A DNA stretch of 57,373 nucleotides from positions 1 to 57,373 of the IMG/VR virus record IMGVR_UViG_3300025835_000003; one strand, 5' to 3'. Positions 1-9,785 of this stretch are shown one piece after another (position 1 is the stretch's first letter; each line of letters begins with the position of its first letter). The position numbers were made by a program, and so were the translations under genes. The stretch comes from a virus. Taxonomy: Duplodnaviria; Caudoviricetes. The notes under the pieces are model-generated. The model was not told the DNA's origin. It saw only the letters and a list, made by a program, of their open reading frames with translations, and did not search any database.

Positions 1-200
1 TTCAGCCGATAAGTCTAAATTAGATGGTATTGAAGCAGGAGCCAAAACAGGTACGGTGAGTAGTGTTGAGGTATCGGGGGGAACCACGGGGCTAACTACT
101 TCGGGAGGTCCGGTCACCGGTTCCGGTACGGTGACTCTGGCGGGCACGCTTGCGGTAGCTAACGGTGGCACCGGGGCTACCACGGCGGCCGCTGCCCGCA
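1..200. repeat. Assembly terminal overlap, copy 1 (circular contig)
   Basis: 1-200 matches 57174-57373 except T127 versus C57300 (synonymous GGT/GGC). The overlap falls inside a tail-fibre CDS. Confidence 0.97.
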
Positions 201-688
201 CCAACCTAGGTGCCACGACAATAGGATCCAATGTATTTACTTTAACCAATCCTTCCGCTATTACGTTCTTGAAAGTCAACGCCGACAATACGGTTACAGC
301 AGAAAGCGCTGCGACTTTCAGAACCAGTATAGGTGCTCCTGGGTTGGGAGCCAATACCTTTACCGCAAATCAGACTGCTCCTGATTTCATCTCTACATCA
401 GATGAAACCTTGAAGGCCGATGTCGAACCTCTGATTGTAAGATCTCCTTACCTTTCTCCAGTCAAATATCGTTACAAAGATAGTGGTCGGACAGAGATAG
501 GTTTTATCGCGCAAGATATCAGAGACACATATCCCGAAGTTGTATTCGAGGATGATAAGGGGATACTATATATTTCATATCCCAAACTTACAGCAGTGCT
601 TGCAGCAGAGTTGATTGAAGTACGCACACGTCTCAATGAAATGGAAAGTAGAGTGGAATGGCTACTTAACAAAGCGGTGAGATGCTAA
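1..688 (+). CDS. Tail fibre protein, 3' part with C-terminal intramolecular chaperone (peptidase S74-type) domain
   Basis: VANGGTGATTAAAARTNLG fibre motif, then SDETLK...GFIAQD...YPEVV...ISYPKL and a terminal coiled coil, the S74 signature. Confidence 0.85.
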   Translation, partial: SADKSKLDGIEAGAKTGTVSSVEVSGGTTGLTTSGGPVTGSGTVTLAGTLAVANGGTGATTAAAARTNLGATTIGSNVFTLTNPSAITFLKVNADNTVTAESAATFRTSIGAPGLGANTFTANQTAPDFISTSDETLKADVEPLIVRSPYLSPVKYRYKDSGRTEIGFIAQDIRDTYPEVVFEDDKGILYISYPKLTAVLAAELIEVRTRLNEMESRVEWLLNKAVRC

Positions 689-689
689 T

Positions 690-1178
690 ATGCCTCTTCC
701 AACAACCGGAAATCTTTCTCTTTCACAAATCGTTACAGAGTTTGGAGCGCCTACGCAAACCCCTCTATCGGCGTTTTTACGTGGAGGGGCATGGGTTCCC
801 AATACCTCAGCCAATCAAGGCGTACCAACAGCGCCGCCCGTGGCCATAAGAAACTTCCTAGGAGCCTCGAAGGTTATCAATCATTCTGTCACAGCGCCGG
901 GTATTGTCAAGGTTGCTCCTATTGGAGTCACTGCACAAGGAAGCAGCACTGCCACAGTGTCGAATGGTGTAGGGCCTTTTACACACTCATGGGCCTTTAC
1001 TGTTGGAGGAGCAGGTATCACTTTGTTCGGCACTACAACCGATACAGTAACTGCATCAAAGACAAATACAGGATCAGGAGTCGCATCCGGTACATTACGA
1101 GATACAGTAACAGACCAAGGTAATAATAACTTCGTTTCAGTATTTGATATAAGTGTACAATTGGAAAATACAGCCTAA
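690..1178 (+). CDS. Tail-fibre-associated protein
   Basis: The MPLPTTGNLSLSQIVTEFG N-terminus is typical of genes following S74 fibres; Ig-like, beta-rich C-terminus. Confidence 0.7.
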   Translation: MPLPTTGNLSLSQIVTEFGAPTQTPLSAFLRGGAWVPNTSANQGVPTAPPVAIRNFLGASKVINHSVTAPGIVKVAPIGVTAQGSSTATVSNGVGPFTHSWAFTVGGAGITLFGTTTDTVTASKTNTGSGVASGTLRDTVTDQGNNNFVSVFDISVQLENTA

Positions 1179-1195
1179 ACAAGGCGTAAATTAAC

Positions 1196-1636
1196 ATGTC
1201 TAAAAGTGATGTTTTTGAAAATGATCTATTGAAATTGATATTCAATAATGTGGCCATTACCAGCATTGGTGATGCAGGAGGTCTTCCTGGATCGACTGTT
1301 GCCGATAACTTATGGATGGCGTTGCACACGGCATATCCTGGAGAAGCAGATACTGCTACAACCTCTGAAACAGCCTATACAGGATATGCACGGCAAGCCT
1401 TTGCCCGGACTGCTGCGGCATGGGCAGTGACCGGCAATTCTGTATCTCCTGTTGCGGCTGTTGATTTCCCTGAAGCAACAGGGCTTCCTGGTGGTGCTCT
1501 GACACACGCCAGTGTAGTAAACACAGCTTCTGGTGTAGGAAAAATACTATATTCAGGAGCCTTAAATCCTACCATCACCATGCAAATCGGTACAATTCCC
1601 CGCATAAAGAATACTTCCACCATTATGGAAGATTAA
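1196..1636 (+). CDS. Small virion fibre/structural protein
   Basis: MSKSDVFENDLLKLIFN...ALHTA.PGE...ETAYTGYARQ belongs to a conserved phage structural family. Confidence 0.75.
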   Translation: MSKSDVFENDLLKLIFNNVAITSIGDAGGLPGSTVADNLWMALHTAYPGEADTATTSETAYTGYARQAFARTAAAWAVTGNSVSPVAAVDFPEATGLPGGALTHASVVNTASGVGKILYSGALNPTITMQIGTIPRIKNTSTIMED

Positions 1637-1659
1637 ACTAGCAGTAGTAGAGGATCGTA

Positions 1660-3193
1660 ATGGATGAATTCTGGTTTCTAAGAGACACTGCGTCAGGCAT
1701 TGCCTGCCCCATTGGGGGGGGACCACTGGCGCTGTCCCAGACATCAGGGGCGACCGACGTATCGCCGGATTTGCAATCCGGCGAAATGTTCTTCAATGTA
1801 GCAGAAGCGCGCACCATTCCGGCAGGCGTGTGGACGCTAAACTTTTGGACCGATACCGGCGCGGGTGGCGACCCGGCAAATAAAATCGATGTTACCGTAA
1901 GGCGTTCACGGGTAGTCACATGTACATCTGCTCAAGATTTGCTGGCAACAACGACAATAAGTTTAGTCAAAGGGGCAATAGAACAGCACGTACTTACATT
2001 TTCTCCTGGTGAAGTAATCTTTGGGCCGCCGGGGCCATTCACAGATGAGTTTATTCAGGTACAATTTACCAGTACTGGCGGAAATCAAACTCAATTCTTA
2101 CGATTTAATAACAATGTCGGCAATTTCAATTCATGGCTAGAGCATCCTGGTCCCGCATCTGACATCATTCCTGCTGATTTAACAGCAACAGGTGTTGCTG
2201 TGTCGCAATCTTCTGTTATCCAAAGTTCTGCACTTGCATCAACGGCAATAGGTGCTACCACTCTTGCTTCTAATCTTATATTACCCAGTGCATATAGTTC
2301 AACGGCGGTTGCATCCCCACTCCTCCAAGGAGGGCACGTAATTGGGAGAGAACTGTTAACCACAGGTTCGTCTATAATGGCGGGGGATTCTGGGCAACAC
2401 ACAGCCGTGGGTTTCCTTGCCACCGGACAGGGTGTGACCTCTGTCCAGACTTCCACAATACAGAACGTGGAACTTTCGTCACAAGGGGCGGGCCTTACTG
2501 CTCTTCAAGCCGGGCTTACTATAGTAAGTGCTTATACAGGAGTCGGACTGGCAGATATACTGCTACAAGGAGGACAGGTAGTAGAGGGAGAATTGTCAGC
2601 CGCAGGACTTTCTGCGGTGCTGGCAGAAGCCCTTGCATTTTCCGGCGGGGAAATGGCTTCTGTTGCTTCATCACAAGCTACTTTTCCAAATAACCGCACC
2701 GTCTCTGTTGCTTATGCAGCAGAAGCAATAAGTACCAGCACATTTGTTGTGCAGGGAATGCAAGATGCAGCATTCAATTCCACTGGTAGTTCCATTTTCT
2801 CTCCACTTTCTGGGGGGATGTCACTTGTAGAAGCAGCTTTCACATCGAGCGGAGCTAGCACAGTATCACCTGAGGCAGTCTTATTGGCCCCAGCCGATAC
2901 CTCCATGCAAGGTGTAGTCAATATTTTTATACAGAATGCTGTGATTGTAGGGGATATATACTATACTATCCCAAAGTCTTTACGAATCAGCAACATCCCT
3001 TATCGTAAACAGTGTATTGGCCGTGGCTGGTGTGGGAGATGCACAATTTGGTCCTATTCCTGATGGGTCCGGACCACAGATATTTCCGGCATTTGTTTTT
3101 GTTATAGCACAACCAAGCGTTACTTCATCCGTGCAACGTGCTGTGAGAAGCATTCAAAGAAGTGTAAGGACTGCGACAAAGCCAGCATTATAA
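1660..3193 (+). CDS. Long Ala/Ser/Gly/Thr-rich fibre-like protein, frameshifted near 2950-2960
   Basis: ORF 1660..3063. The +1 frame is open from 2951 to 3193 with similar composition and ends just before the next RBS. Confidence 0.65.
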
Positions 3194-3208
3194 TAAGGAG
3201 TTATATTT

Positions 3209-3517
3209 ATGGAGCAGACACAATTGGTAGCAGCAACACAAGGCGCAGCAGTAAGCGCCGATTTCACGCTGGCGCAAGGGGAGACTACTGTTATTATCAT
3301 AGACTCTCTTGGCGCTGTACGAGATACTACAGGGGTATCTGTGCAACCTGTTTGTTTTGTGAAACGAAAACTAATAACTCCTAACAAATATCAAAGCGTC
3401 GCTGGTGATTCTGTCCTGACTCTTGCGCAACCTGATGTTTTATTGATAGGGCCTGGAATATTCAGAATAGAAAAGGAAGAAACAGAGTTTCCGATTGCTG
3501 CATTAAGAGACACATAA
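3209..3517 (+). CDS. Hypothetical virion protein
   Basis: AAGGAG RBS; lies within the structural operon. Confidence 0.65.
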   Translation: MEQTQLVAATQGAAVSADFTLAQGETTVIIIDSLGAVRDTTGVSVQPVCFVKRKLITPNKYQSVAGDSVLTLAQPDVLLIGPGIFRIEKEETEFPIAALRDT

Positions 3518-3518
3518 C

Positions 3519-3878
3519 ATGCCTGGAATTGCTTTTCAACAAGATGCTTTTCAGAATGTTGCGTTCCAGACGCAGAACGTAAACGTAGTGTTGCTGTTTG
3601 CAACACTACAAGACGCAAATGATACAAGTGCAGCGACATTTTCTCAAAATACCATTGCAATAAACAACAGGTTTGTTCTCACACTTACAGATGGTCAGGA
3701 TACCTTGGATTCTTTTTCTGGCGTGCGAATACTTTTCAACGCCGCCTTTGTTGATGATGATGATTTCTTGACATCATCTACTTTGCAAGTATTCAACATT
3801 GGAAATCTGCTTGATATTGCAAGTCAAAGAACCATAATCACACATCCCATTATCGAACGTACCATAGTAATACGATAG
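3519..3878 (+). CDS. Hypothetical fibre-associated protein
   Basis: AFQQDAFQNVAFQ N-terminus and TLQDANDT-like repeats; tightly packed. Confidence 0.65.
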   Translation: MPGIAFQQDAFQNVAFQTQNVNVVLLFATLQDANDTSAATFSQNTIAINNRFVLTLTDGQDTLDSFSGVRILFNAAFVDDDDFLTSSTLQVFNIGNLLDIASQRTIITHPIIERTIVIR

Positions 3879-3892
3879 AATAGGAGTTATAT

Positions 3893-4249
3893 ATGGCAAG
3901 ACCTGATGTATTCAATGATACGTTTACAAGCGGAGATACCATTGTATTCCGTTTGTTCATAAAATCCAGCAAGGCTGTGGAACCACTCGATCTTTCTGAA
4001 TTGACTGCGGCTCGCTATGGAATCTTTGACAAGATAACAGGAGCTAGCATCCTGGAGAAAACTCTTGGTAATGGTATTTTGATAGAGTCTCCGACAGATG
4101 GAATACTCATCGTTTCCTTAACTCCAGCAGATACCGCTCCGCTGGTCAACACCTATAACCATGAACTGGAACTGAATATAAATAATCAGGAAAAGGTGGT
4201 AACTGTGTTTCAGGGTACCATCGGATTCATTGAGGATAAGTTAGTATAA
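3893..4249 (+). CDS. BppU-N-like fibre adaptor protein
   Basis: GDT...DLS...G...VSLTPADTA...YNHELE...TVFQGTI pattern; RBS AGGAG. Confidence 0.6.
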   Translation: MARPDVFNDTFTSGDTIVFRLFIKSSKAVEPLDLSELTAARYGIFDKITGASILEKTLGNGILIESPTDGILIVSLTPADTAPLVNTYNHELELNINNQEKVVTVFQGTIGFIEDKLV

Positions 4250-4265
4250 GGATGATATCATTATT

Positions 4266-4427
4266 ATGCCGCTCAAGAAAGGCACCAGCCAAAAGACAAT
4301 CAGTGAAAATATACGGGAGCTTGTAGCTTCTGGCAAACCACAAAAGCAATCGATAGCCATAGCTTTGAGAGAAGCCGGCATCGCCCGTAAACAAACAAAA
4401 TCTAAAGGTATTAAAGCATCATCATGA
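4266..4427 (+). CDS. Small basic phage protein, [16 protein letters not shown] family (53 aa; absent from the ORF track)
   Basis: Translated by hand: [38 protein letters not shown]...; ATGA overlap with the next gene. Confidence 0.8.
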   Translation: MPLKKGTSQKTISENIRELVASGKPQKQSIAIALREAGIARKQTKSKGIKASS

Positions 4428-5110
4428 CAACATCTATTGTAACAATTCCTTTCGTTGTAAGGGGTGAGCAATTCATATTAGAGATTCGCAGACCCGAAGT
4501 CACCCCGGAAGTTCCCCCGGGCGCTCCGCCTGAACCCGGTCCAGATCCTTTGCCACCAGATCCACCGACTCTGCCGGATGCCCCCGATAATGAACCTCCT
4601 CCGCCCATGTCGGAACCTTTCCGGTGGAAGAATCTGGATTTCGAGCAAGGGACTACAGGATGGTCCATATCTGATAACACCCTTGGTATATTTGATACTA
4701 CGACTAATCCTAACGAAGTCATCGAGGGCACAGCAAGCGGTATTTATGTTGGTCGACCAGGAGGATTAGCGCGGATGCAAATCCTCACTGACCCCTTACC
4801 TGTACCACCTGGAGCAAAATGGAATCTTTCTTTCAAGGCTCGCACGATTGCCACTTCCCTTGGGCAGACATCAATATCCTTGCGAGTCCGCATATTTCGC
4901 CCAGATGGATCTGATGTATTATCAATCATAGGTCCTTTTAATACTTCTGACTTCACAGGGACAATGCCGACACGCACTATCTCTATGGGAGGTACGATAC
5001 CTGAGTTTGAAGGGGACGCTATGATGCAATTTGGACTGATCGTGCAGAATCCGGTAGGTATGACGCGGGTGGTATTCGATGATTTTAAAATGGAGATCAC
5101 ACCCAAATGA
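4424..5110 (+). CDS. Pro-rich linker plus carbohydrate-binding (CBM4/9-like) domain protein
   Basis: [13 protein letters not shown] linker, then the [11 protein letters not shown]...VFDDFKM galactose-binding-like pattern. Confidence 0.6.
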   Translation: MTTSIVTIPFVVRGEQFILEIRRPEVTPEVPPGAPPEPGPDPLPPDPPTLPDAPDNEPPPPMSEPFRWKNLDFEQGTTGWSISDNTLGIFDTTTNPNEVIEGTASGIYVGRPGGLARMQILTDPLPVPPGAKWNLSFKARTIATSLGQTSISLRVRIFRPDGSDVLSIIGPFNTSDFTGTMPTRTISMGGTIPEFEGDAMMQFGLIVQNPVGMTRVVFDDFKMEITPK

Positions 5111-5517
5111 TGAAGTTACCGTTGAAGGCACATATATCATGGACTCGCTTGTGGCAGACGCGCCTAGTCTTTATACCGAAATGGATACGGATGTGGCAAG
5201 AACCGCTGATCTGGTTGCCTCTGTTGCTGTTGCTGCTGTGGCTGGCCGACTGGTTGTTACCGCAAATAGACCCCGACGCAGGGATCGATGGGCCGGGGTT
5301 CCTGTATGGTTTAGTCCAAGCCATGATCGCTTTCGCAGTAGCGGGATTTGTGGCGTGGATTGCTCAGCGTACCTATGGAGTATCTCTATCCGAGGAACGC
5401 GAGGAAGAAGTCCTGGGAGAATGCAGGAAAGGTAAGGTAGGCTCCATGTTTGTTATTGCTCTCCCTTGGATACAGTGGTTTTTGGTATTTTATTTGATGT
5501 GGGATAAGATGGCATAG
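5107..5517 (+). CDS. Putative holin (3 hydrophobic segments)
   Basis: Multiple TM-like stretches, upstream of the endolysin. Confidence 0.55.
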   Translation: MMKLPLKAHISWTRLWQTRLVFIPKWIRMWQEPLIWLPLLLLLLWLADWLLPQIDPDAGIDGPGFLYGLVQAMIAFAVAGFVAWIAQRTYGVSLSEEREEEVLGECRKGKVGSMFVIALPWIQWFLVFYLMWDKMA

Positions 5518-5528
5518 AGAGAGATATA

Positions 5529-5720
5529 ATGACAATTCTGCAACGTTTCAAAGTGTGGGCACTTAAACAGAGAGACCTGTGGGAAGAGTGTGCAGTTATC
5601 ACGGGGGTTGTTGTCGGAGCAGCCGTGATCGGAATAGGAATTATTTTAAGTTCGGTCGGCGTAATGCTGCTCGGAGGAGCAATAGCAGCTCTGGGTGTAG
5701 CTGTGGCATGGCATGTTTAG
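5529..5720 (+). CDS. Small membrane protein (holin/antiholin candidate)
   Basis: 63 aa with two hydrophobic helices. Confidence 0.55.
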   Translation: MTILQRFKVWALKQRDLWEECAVITGVVVGAAVIGIGIILSSVGVMLLGGAIAALGVAVAWHV

Positions 5721-6345
5721 TTGGTTGCTCGGGCTGTGCCTAGGTCTGCCAATACCGGTCAGTGTGGACTCGGTAGATTTGATCATTCGCTGGGAGATCA
5801 CCAGTCCCGCTGTATATCGAGCGCGGTTTCAGCGGCCTATCTGGCCGGGGCTGACATCGGGCGTGACAATTGGCATCGGCTCAGATCTGGGTCATCAGCA
5901 AGTATCCGTCATCCGCCAAGTGTGGCGGGCACATCCTCAGCTTGAAGCGCTTCTCCCGGCGGCAGGGGTGATCGGAGAGGCCGCCCGTATCCTGTCCCGG
6001 CAGATGCAGCACGTGGTGACACAATGGCCTCTGGCACAAGATGTATTTATTGAGGTCGATCTGGTCCGTTTCTGGCGCATCGCTGTGCGGGTGTTCGGTC
6101 GAGATGACTTCCTCGCGCTCAGCGCGACGGCGCAAGGTGCGTTGACCAGCGTGGTCTTTAATCGCGGTGGAAGCATGGCCGGGCCTACCCGCGCTGAAAT
6201 GCGCTTCATTCGTGATGTGTGTATCCCTGACGGGGATGAGGAGTGTATCGCCGAACAGATCGAGTCTATGACTCGTCTGTGGAATGTGAGGGGGCTCATC
6301 CTGCGAAGGCAGGATGAGGCGGCCCTGATCCGTAGAAGATTGTGA
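5713..6345 (+). CDS. Endolysin, pesticin-C-terminal-like muramidase
   Basis: IRWE...PIWPG..SGVTIGIGSDLG...ALTSVVFNRG...GLILRRQDEA motifs. Confidence 0.85.
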   Translation: MFSWLLGLCLGLPIPVSVDSVDLIIRWEITSPAVYRARFQRPIWPGLTSGVTIGIGSDLGHQQVSVIRQVWRAHPQLEALLPAAGVIGEAARILSRQMQHVVTQWPLAQDVFIEVDLVRFWRIAVRVFGRDDFLALSATAQGALTSVVFNRGGSMAGPTRAEMRFIRDVCIPDGDEECIAEQIESMTRLWNVRGLILRRQDEAALIRRRL

Positions 6346-6353
6346 TGCTGGAA

Positions 6354-6569
6354 CTATGTTGGATGTTCATCCACTTCTATAATAATAGGTGTTTGTGCAT
6401 CACGAATAACACGGGCAACGGCCCGCGTGACAGCTTGTCGGGTGCTATATCCTTCTCCTGAATCGGCAATGATCCGCCCATTACGTGCACGTAGTCGCCA
6501 ATACCAAATATCGCGATTAGCATCTAAGGCTTTGCTTGACTTGTATATTTCATATCGAAGTTCGTTCAT
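6354..6569 (-). CDS. DUF1508/YegP-like protein
   Basis: WYWRLRARNGRIIADSGEGYST signature; opposite strand within the lysis cassette. Confidence 0.8.
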   Translation of the reverse strand: MNELRYEIYKSSKALDANRDIWYWRLRARNGRIIADSGEGYSTRQAVTRAVARVIRDAQTPIIIEVDEHPT

Positions 6570-6666
6570 AGCTGTAATTTCCTATTACATAAGTTAAGAA
6601 TGATGGACATATATCACTATCTTCAATGAGCTGGTTTAATATAACTAGGGGGACAACAGAAGTATC

Positions 6667-6945
6667 ATGATATTAAATAACGACCAGGTTGAAAGAACCA
6701 TGCAAGAAAAGGCAGCGGTAAGAATTGCTCTGATTGAACACGCCCTTCTTGCTATTGAAAAGGAGAAGGATCTTCTTCGCACAGATGTTTCCAGCTTGCG
6801 AGCAGATATACGCGCACTTGCTACCTCCATTCAGGAACTGGATAACAAGTTATCAAGATACACTGGATTTTGGGGCGGTATTCTCCTGATGTTCGGATCA
6901 GTCGGTGCCGTTATGGGATTACTATTTTCATACATGAGGCAGTAA
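6667..6945 (+). CDS. Holin-like protein (coiled coil plus C-terminal TM)
   Basis: Coiled coil followed by FWGGILLMFGSVGAVMGLLF. Confidence 0.55.
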   Translation: MILNNDQVERTMQEKAAVRIALIEHALLAIEKEKDLLRTDVSSLRADIRALATSIQELDNKLSRYTGFWGGILLMFGSVGAVMGLLFSYMRQ

Positions 6946-6948
6946 ATT

Positions 6949-7404
6949 ATGGCTTTCTTTCCATTGTCATTGCTGAGCGGAAAACTAAAGTTGCTTGCTG
7001 GTGGCATCTTGCTTGCCGGTCTTGCGGCTTCTCACACATTTGCGTGGCACAAAGGAAATCAGGCATGTTTCAAAAGCTTGATAAGGGATAACACTAAAGA
7101 GGCTGTCAAAGATAATATAGCCAATGTCGAAAGAACAGAGAAAGCACTCAATGAACTGAATGAATTAAGGAGAGGAAATGCTACACTTAAAGAGCAATTG
7201 GAAGAAGCTGTCAGGCGGAGCAATCTTGCACGGCAGCCGGCACGTCGGCTCACATGTCCTGCCGTGCGAGAAGATACCACAGCAGGATCGCGCACAGAAG
7301 AGGTCGATACTGAAGATAACCTTGCTTTCACTTGCAATCTTACTGATGACGAGCTGCGCATCCTCCAAGACATTCAAGCGGCAACCGATAGTAATATGCC
7401 CTGA
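6949..7404 (+). CDS. Inner-membrane spanin (Rz-like)
   Basis: N-terminal TM and coiled coil, with an overlapping lipoprotein gene. Confidence 0.75.
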   Translation: MAFFPLSLLSGKLKLLAGGILLAGLAASHTFAWHKGNQACFKSLIRDNTKEAVKDNIANVERTEKALNELNELRRGNATLKEQLEEAVRRSNLARQPARRLTCPAVREDTTAGSRTEEVDTEDNLAFTCNLTDDELRILQDIQAATDSNMP

Positions 7405-7579
7405 TGCGGTGCTTGCTCCTTGTCCTGCGCTCGAACGTCTGGAATCAGGAGATTGGTCTGTTGTTAAAAATACAATGGGAGAGTGGGGCATCCAGTATGC
7501 CGAGTGTCAGTTGAAACAAAAAGTTGTTGTTGAATGCTATAAAGAAAGCACCAAGTTCCAACGTTCTTCGGAAAACTAA
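7310..7579 (+). CDS. Outer-membrane spanin lipoprotein (Rz1-like); probable CTG start
   Basis: (M)KITLLSLAILLMTSC lipobox; Cys/Pro-rich; overlaps the i-spanin 3' end. Confidence 0.75.
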   Translation: MKITLLSLAILLMTSCASSKTFKRQPIVICPDAVLAPCPALERLESGDWSVVKNTMGEWGIQYAECQLKQKVVVECYKESTKFQRSSEN

Positions 7580-7582
7580 ATA

Positions 7583-9182
7583 GTCGGCCCTGCAAAATTC
7601 ACCCAATCGCCGCGCTGGCCGGTCCGAGGACCCGCCACGACGCGCCGGGTTGCCGCAGACCGTCTACGAGCGTGCCGAGCCACCCGAGCAACCGGCGCAA
7701 AAAAACCGGCTCGATTCCACGCCGGACGATCGCCCGCAGCAGCCAGCGCAGGTTGTACCCGGCCGCGCACAGCACCGCGTGCAGGGCATCGCCGCGGGCG
7801 CCCCGCAACCAGCAGCGGTTCATCCGGTGATCGCTCTTGGCATGGCCGATCAGCGGTTCGATCGCCTGCCGGCGCTTGAGCCAGCGGCGTTGCTTCACGG
7901 TCAGTGACTTGTACTTGCCACGGTGGATGATCTCGCAGCCGGGGTTGTCGGCATCGACACCGCGAAAACCCAGATCGACAATCACCTCCCGCGGCTGCAC
8001 ACCCAGGTCTTCGAGCAGGATCGTGGTCTGCTCCAACTGCTCGCGCAGCAGGTGGCCGTCGTAGGGATTGCCCGGAAACGTCCGCGCGCCCACCATCAAC
8101 CCCTGCCGGTGGGTCACCACGATGCCGGCCTTGACCCCGAACTCGTAGGGTTGTCGCGCCTTGCCCTTGCCGATGCACTCGACCTCCGGGGCGTGCAGGG
8201 CGTACAGCTTGTTCTTGTCCTTCGGGCGCTGGGCGCGAATCCGCTCGGCCCGTTCGCGCAGCGTGTCCAGCCGCGCCAACACCCCCGCCGAGGCGTCGGT
8301 GATGCCGGCCCGCTTGCGGGCCAGCTCGCGCAGCACGATGCCGAGAATCGTGCGCTGGCGCTTGAGCACCCGCCGCAGCCGCCGGAACTGCCGGGCGTGG
8401 GCATAGCCGCCGGCCTTGCGCCGCAGCGTCTTGCCCTCTTTGGCATGGGACTGCTTCAGGCCGATTCCGGCCGCCTTGGCCGCCTTCACCACCTGGTAGC
8501 GGGCGATCTCCAGCAGCCGGCTATCCGTGGGATAGGCCATCGCCTTCTCCTGCACCGTGGTGTCCACGATCACCCGCTCGAACTCGCACGGGCGCACGGC
8601 TTTGGTCTCGACCGCCACATCGATCGTCGCCTTCAGCAGCTCCTCCACCCCGGCCTCGCCGATCGCCGTGCGAAAGCGCCCGATCTGGGTCGCATCGCAC
8701 GGCAGCCTGGGCGTGTAGTACACCTGGCCGCTGAAAAACTGCCACACCACATTCTCCGACCAGCGCTCGACCACCGCTTCGTCGCTCAGGTTGTAGGCGT
8801 GCTTGAGATACAGCAGGCTCAGCATCAGCCGCATCGGCAACCGCGAGCGGCCCGCCACCGCCACGCCTGCGCCGATCACCTGTTCGTGGACGCCGAACAG
8901 ATCCGCCACTTCGCGCCGCGTCCCGGGCCGGTCGGTGCGCGCGAAGCACGGCGCCAGCGCCGCTTCCAGTCGCGTCCAGGGCAGCCGCGTGGCCAGTACC
9001 GCCAGCGGGTGGCGAAGGTCGATCATCTGGTCCAGACGGGTTCGGAACAAATCCGCTGTGCTCATGCGCGAAAACTCCCAGAAAACGCAACCGATGGCGC
9101 TAATTCTCGGGGGATCGGCGGGATTTGCCAAGCCCCGCAGAGCGTTGTGCTAGGCGGCTCGGCGGGGTTTTGCAGGGCCGAC
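7583..9182. mobile_element. IS5-family insertion sequence, 1600 bp
   Basis: Perfect 15-bp terminal IRs GTCGGCCCTGCAAAA (7583-7597 and 9168-9182); TAAATA on both flanks (7577-7582, 9183-9188); much more GC-rich than the phage. Confidence 0.93.
7599..9065 (-). CDS. IS5-family DDE transposase
   Basis: DLFRTRLDQMIDLRHPL, VDTTVQEK, KGKARQPYEFG, DLGFRG, RRQAIEPLIGH motifs; uninterrupted frame. Confidence 0.93.
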   Translation of the reverse strand: MSTADLFRTRLDQMIDLRHPLAVLATRLPWTRLEAALAPCFARTDRPGTRREVADLFGVHEQVIGAGVAVAGRSRLPMRLMLSLLYLKHAYNLSDEAVVERWSENVVWQFFSGQVYYTPRLPCDATQIGRFRTAIGEAGVEELLKATIDVAVETKAVRPCEFERVIVDTTVQEKAMAYPTDSRLLEIARYQVVKAAKAAGIGLKQSHAKEGKTLRRKAGGYAHARQFRRLRRVLKRQRTILGIVLRELARKRAGITDASAGVLARLDTLRERAERIRAQRPKDKNKLYALHAPEVECIGKGKARQPYEFGVKAGIVVTHRQGLMVGARTFPGNPYDGHLLREQLEQTTILLEDLGVQPREVIVDLGFRGVDADNPGCEIIHRGKYKSLTVKQRRWLKRRQAIEPLIGHAKSDHRMNRCWLRGARGDALHAVLCAAGYNLRWLLRAIVRRGIEPVFLRRLLGWLGTLVDGLRQPGASWRVLGPASAAIG

Positions 9183-9201
9183 TAAATAAACAGGCTGTCT
9201 G

Positions 9202-9507
9202 TTACTCCTGCTTATCTGGATCAACAGACCGTTTCTTCGACCCGATGTTCACGACCACACCACCATCGTCTTCGTTGCCAGCATCTGTTAGCTTGTTGAA
9301 CTCATAAGAGCGCGGGGAATCCACAGGCAACGCATCGGAAGAATCCACCCATGCGGATGTAATCCCGTCTGTGACAAGAAATATCAGGCTGCCATCCGCC
9401 GAGTATTCTGCGGCGATTGCATTCTTAACCACCGCAAAAAAGTGGATGGTATCTTCGCCAGGAATGATTAGAATATCAGAGCCATCTGCATGTTGAAAAC
9501 TTGCCAT
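9202..9507 (-). CDS. Hypothetical protein
   Basis: Last gene of the minus arm; overlaps the upstream stop. Confidence 0.6.
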   Translation of the reverse strand: MASFQHADGSDILIIPGEDTIHFFAVVKNAIAAEYSADGSLIFLVTDGITSAWVDSSDALPVDSPRSYEFNKLTDAGNEDDGGVVVNIGSKKRSVDPDKQE

Positions 9508-9785
9508 TAGTCCATATCCTTTATGTTTGGATTGCCGAAAGAATCAAAGGCTCGGGCATTTTCCGAATCCTCTTCATATTCGTCAAAGAATGCAACCTCA
9601 GTAACATCCCATAGGATTCTACTGGCCTTGTCTATTTCCGCAGAAATGTGAGCATGTGATATTTCAAGGGCATCATCTTCTGCCCATTGCATATCCTGTA
9701 TTAGTCCATGCAATATATTGAGTGCCGCTTCAATTGCTACCTCACACCGGCTCAGCCGGCTGTCTTCTCCATTTAGTGTGCTCAT
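9507..9785 (-). CDS. Hypothetical acidic protein
   Basis: Tightly coupled ORF with a GGAG RBS. Confidence 0.6.
   Translation of the reverse strand: MSTLNGEDSRLSRCEVAIEAALNILHGLIQDMQWAEDDALEISHAHISAEIDKASRILWDVTEVAFFDEYEEDSENARAFDSFGNPNIKDMD

Noticed and set aside
1-200. Biological direct terminal repeat
   Set aside because: It is exactly 200 bp and falls mid-gene, as expected for an assembly overlap.
7576-9185. Long alternative ORFs in the IS, such as 7923..9185 +
   Set aside because: Shadow frames of a GC-rich transposase gene.
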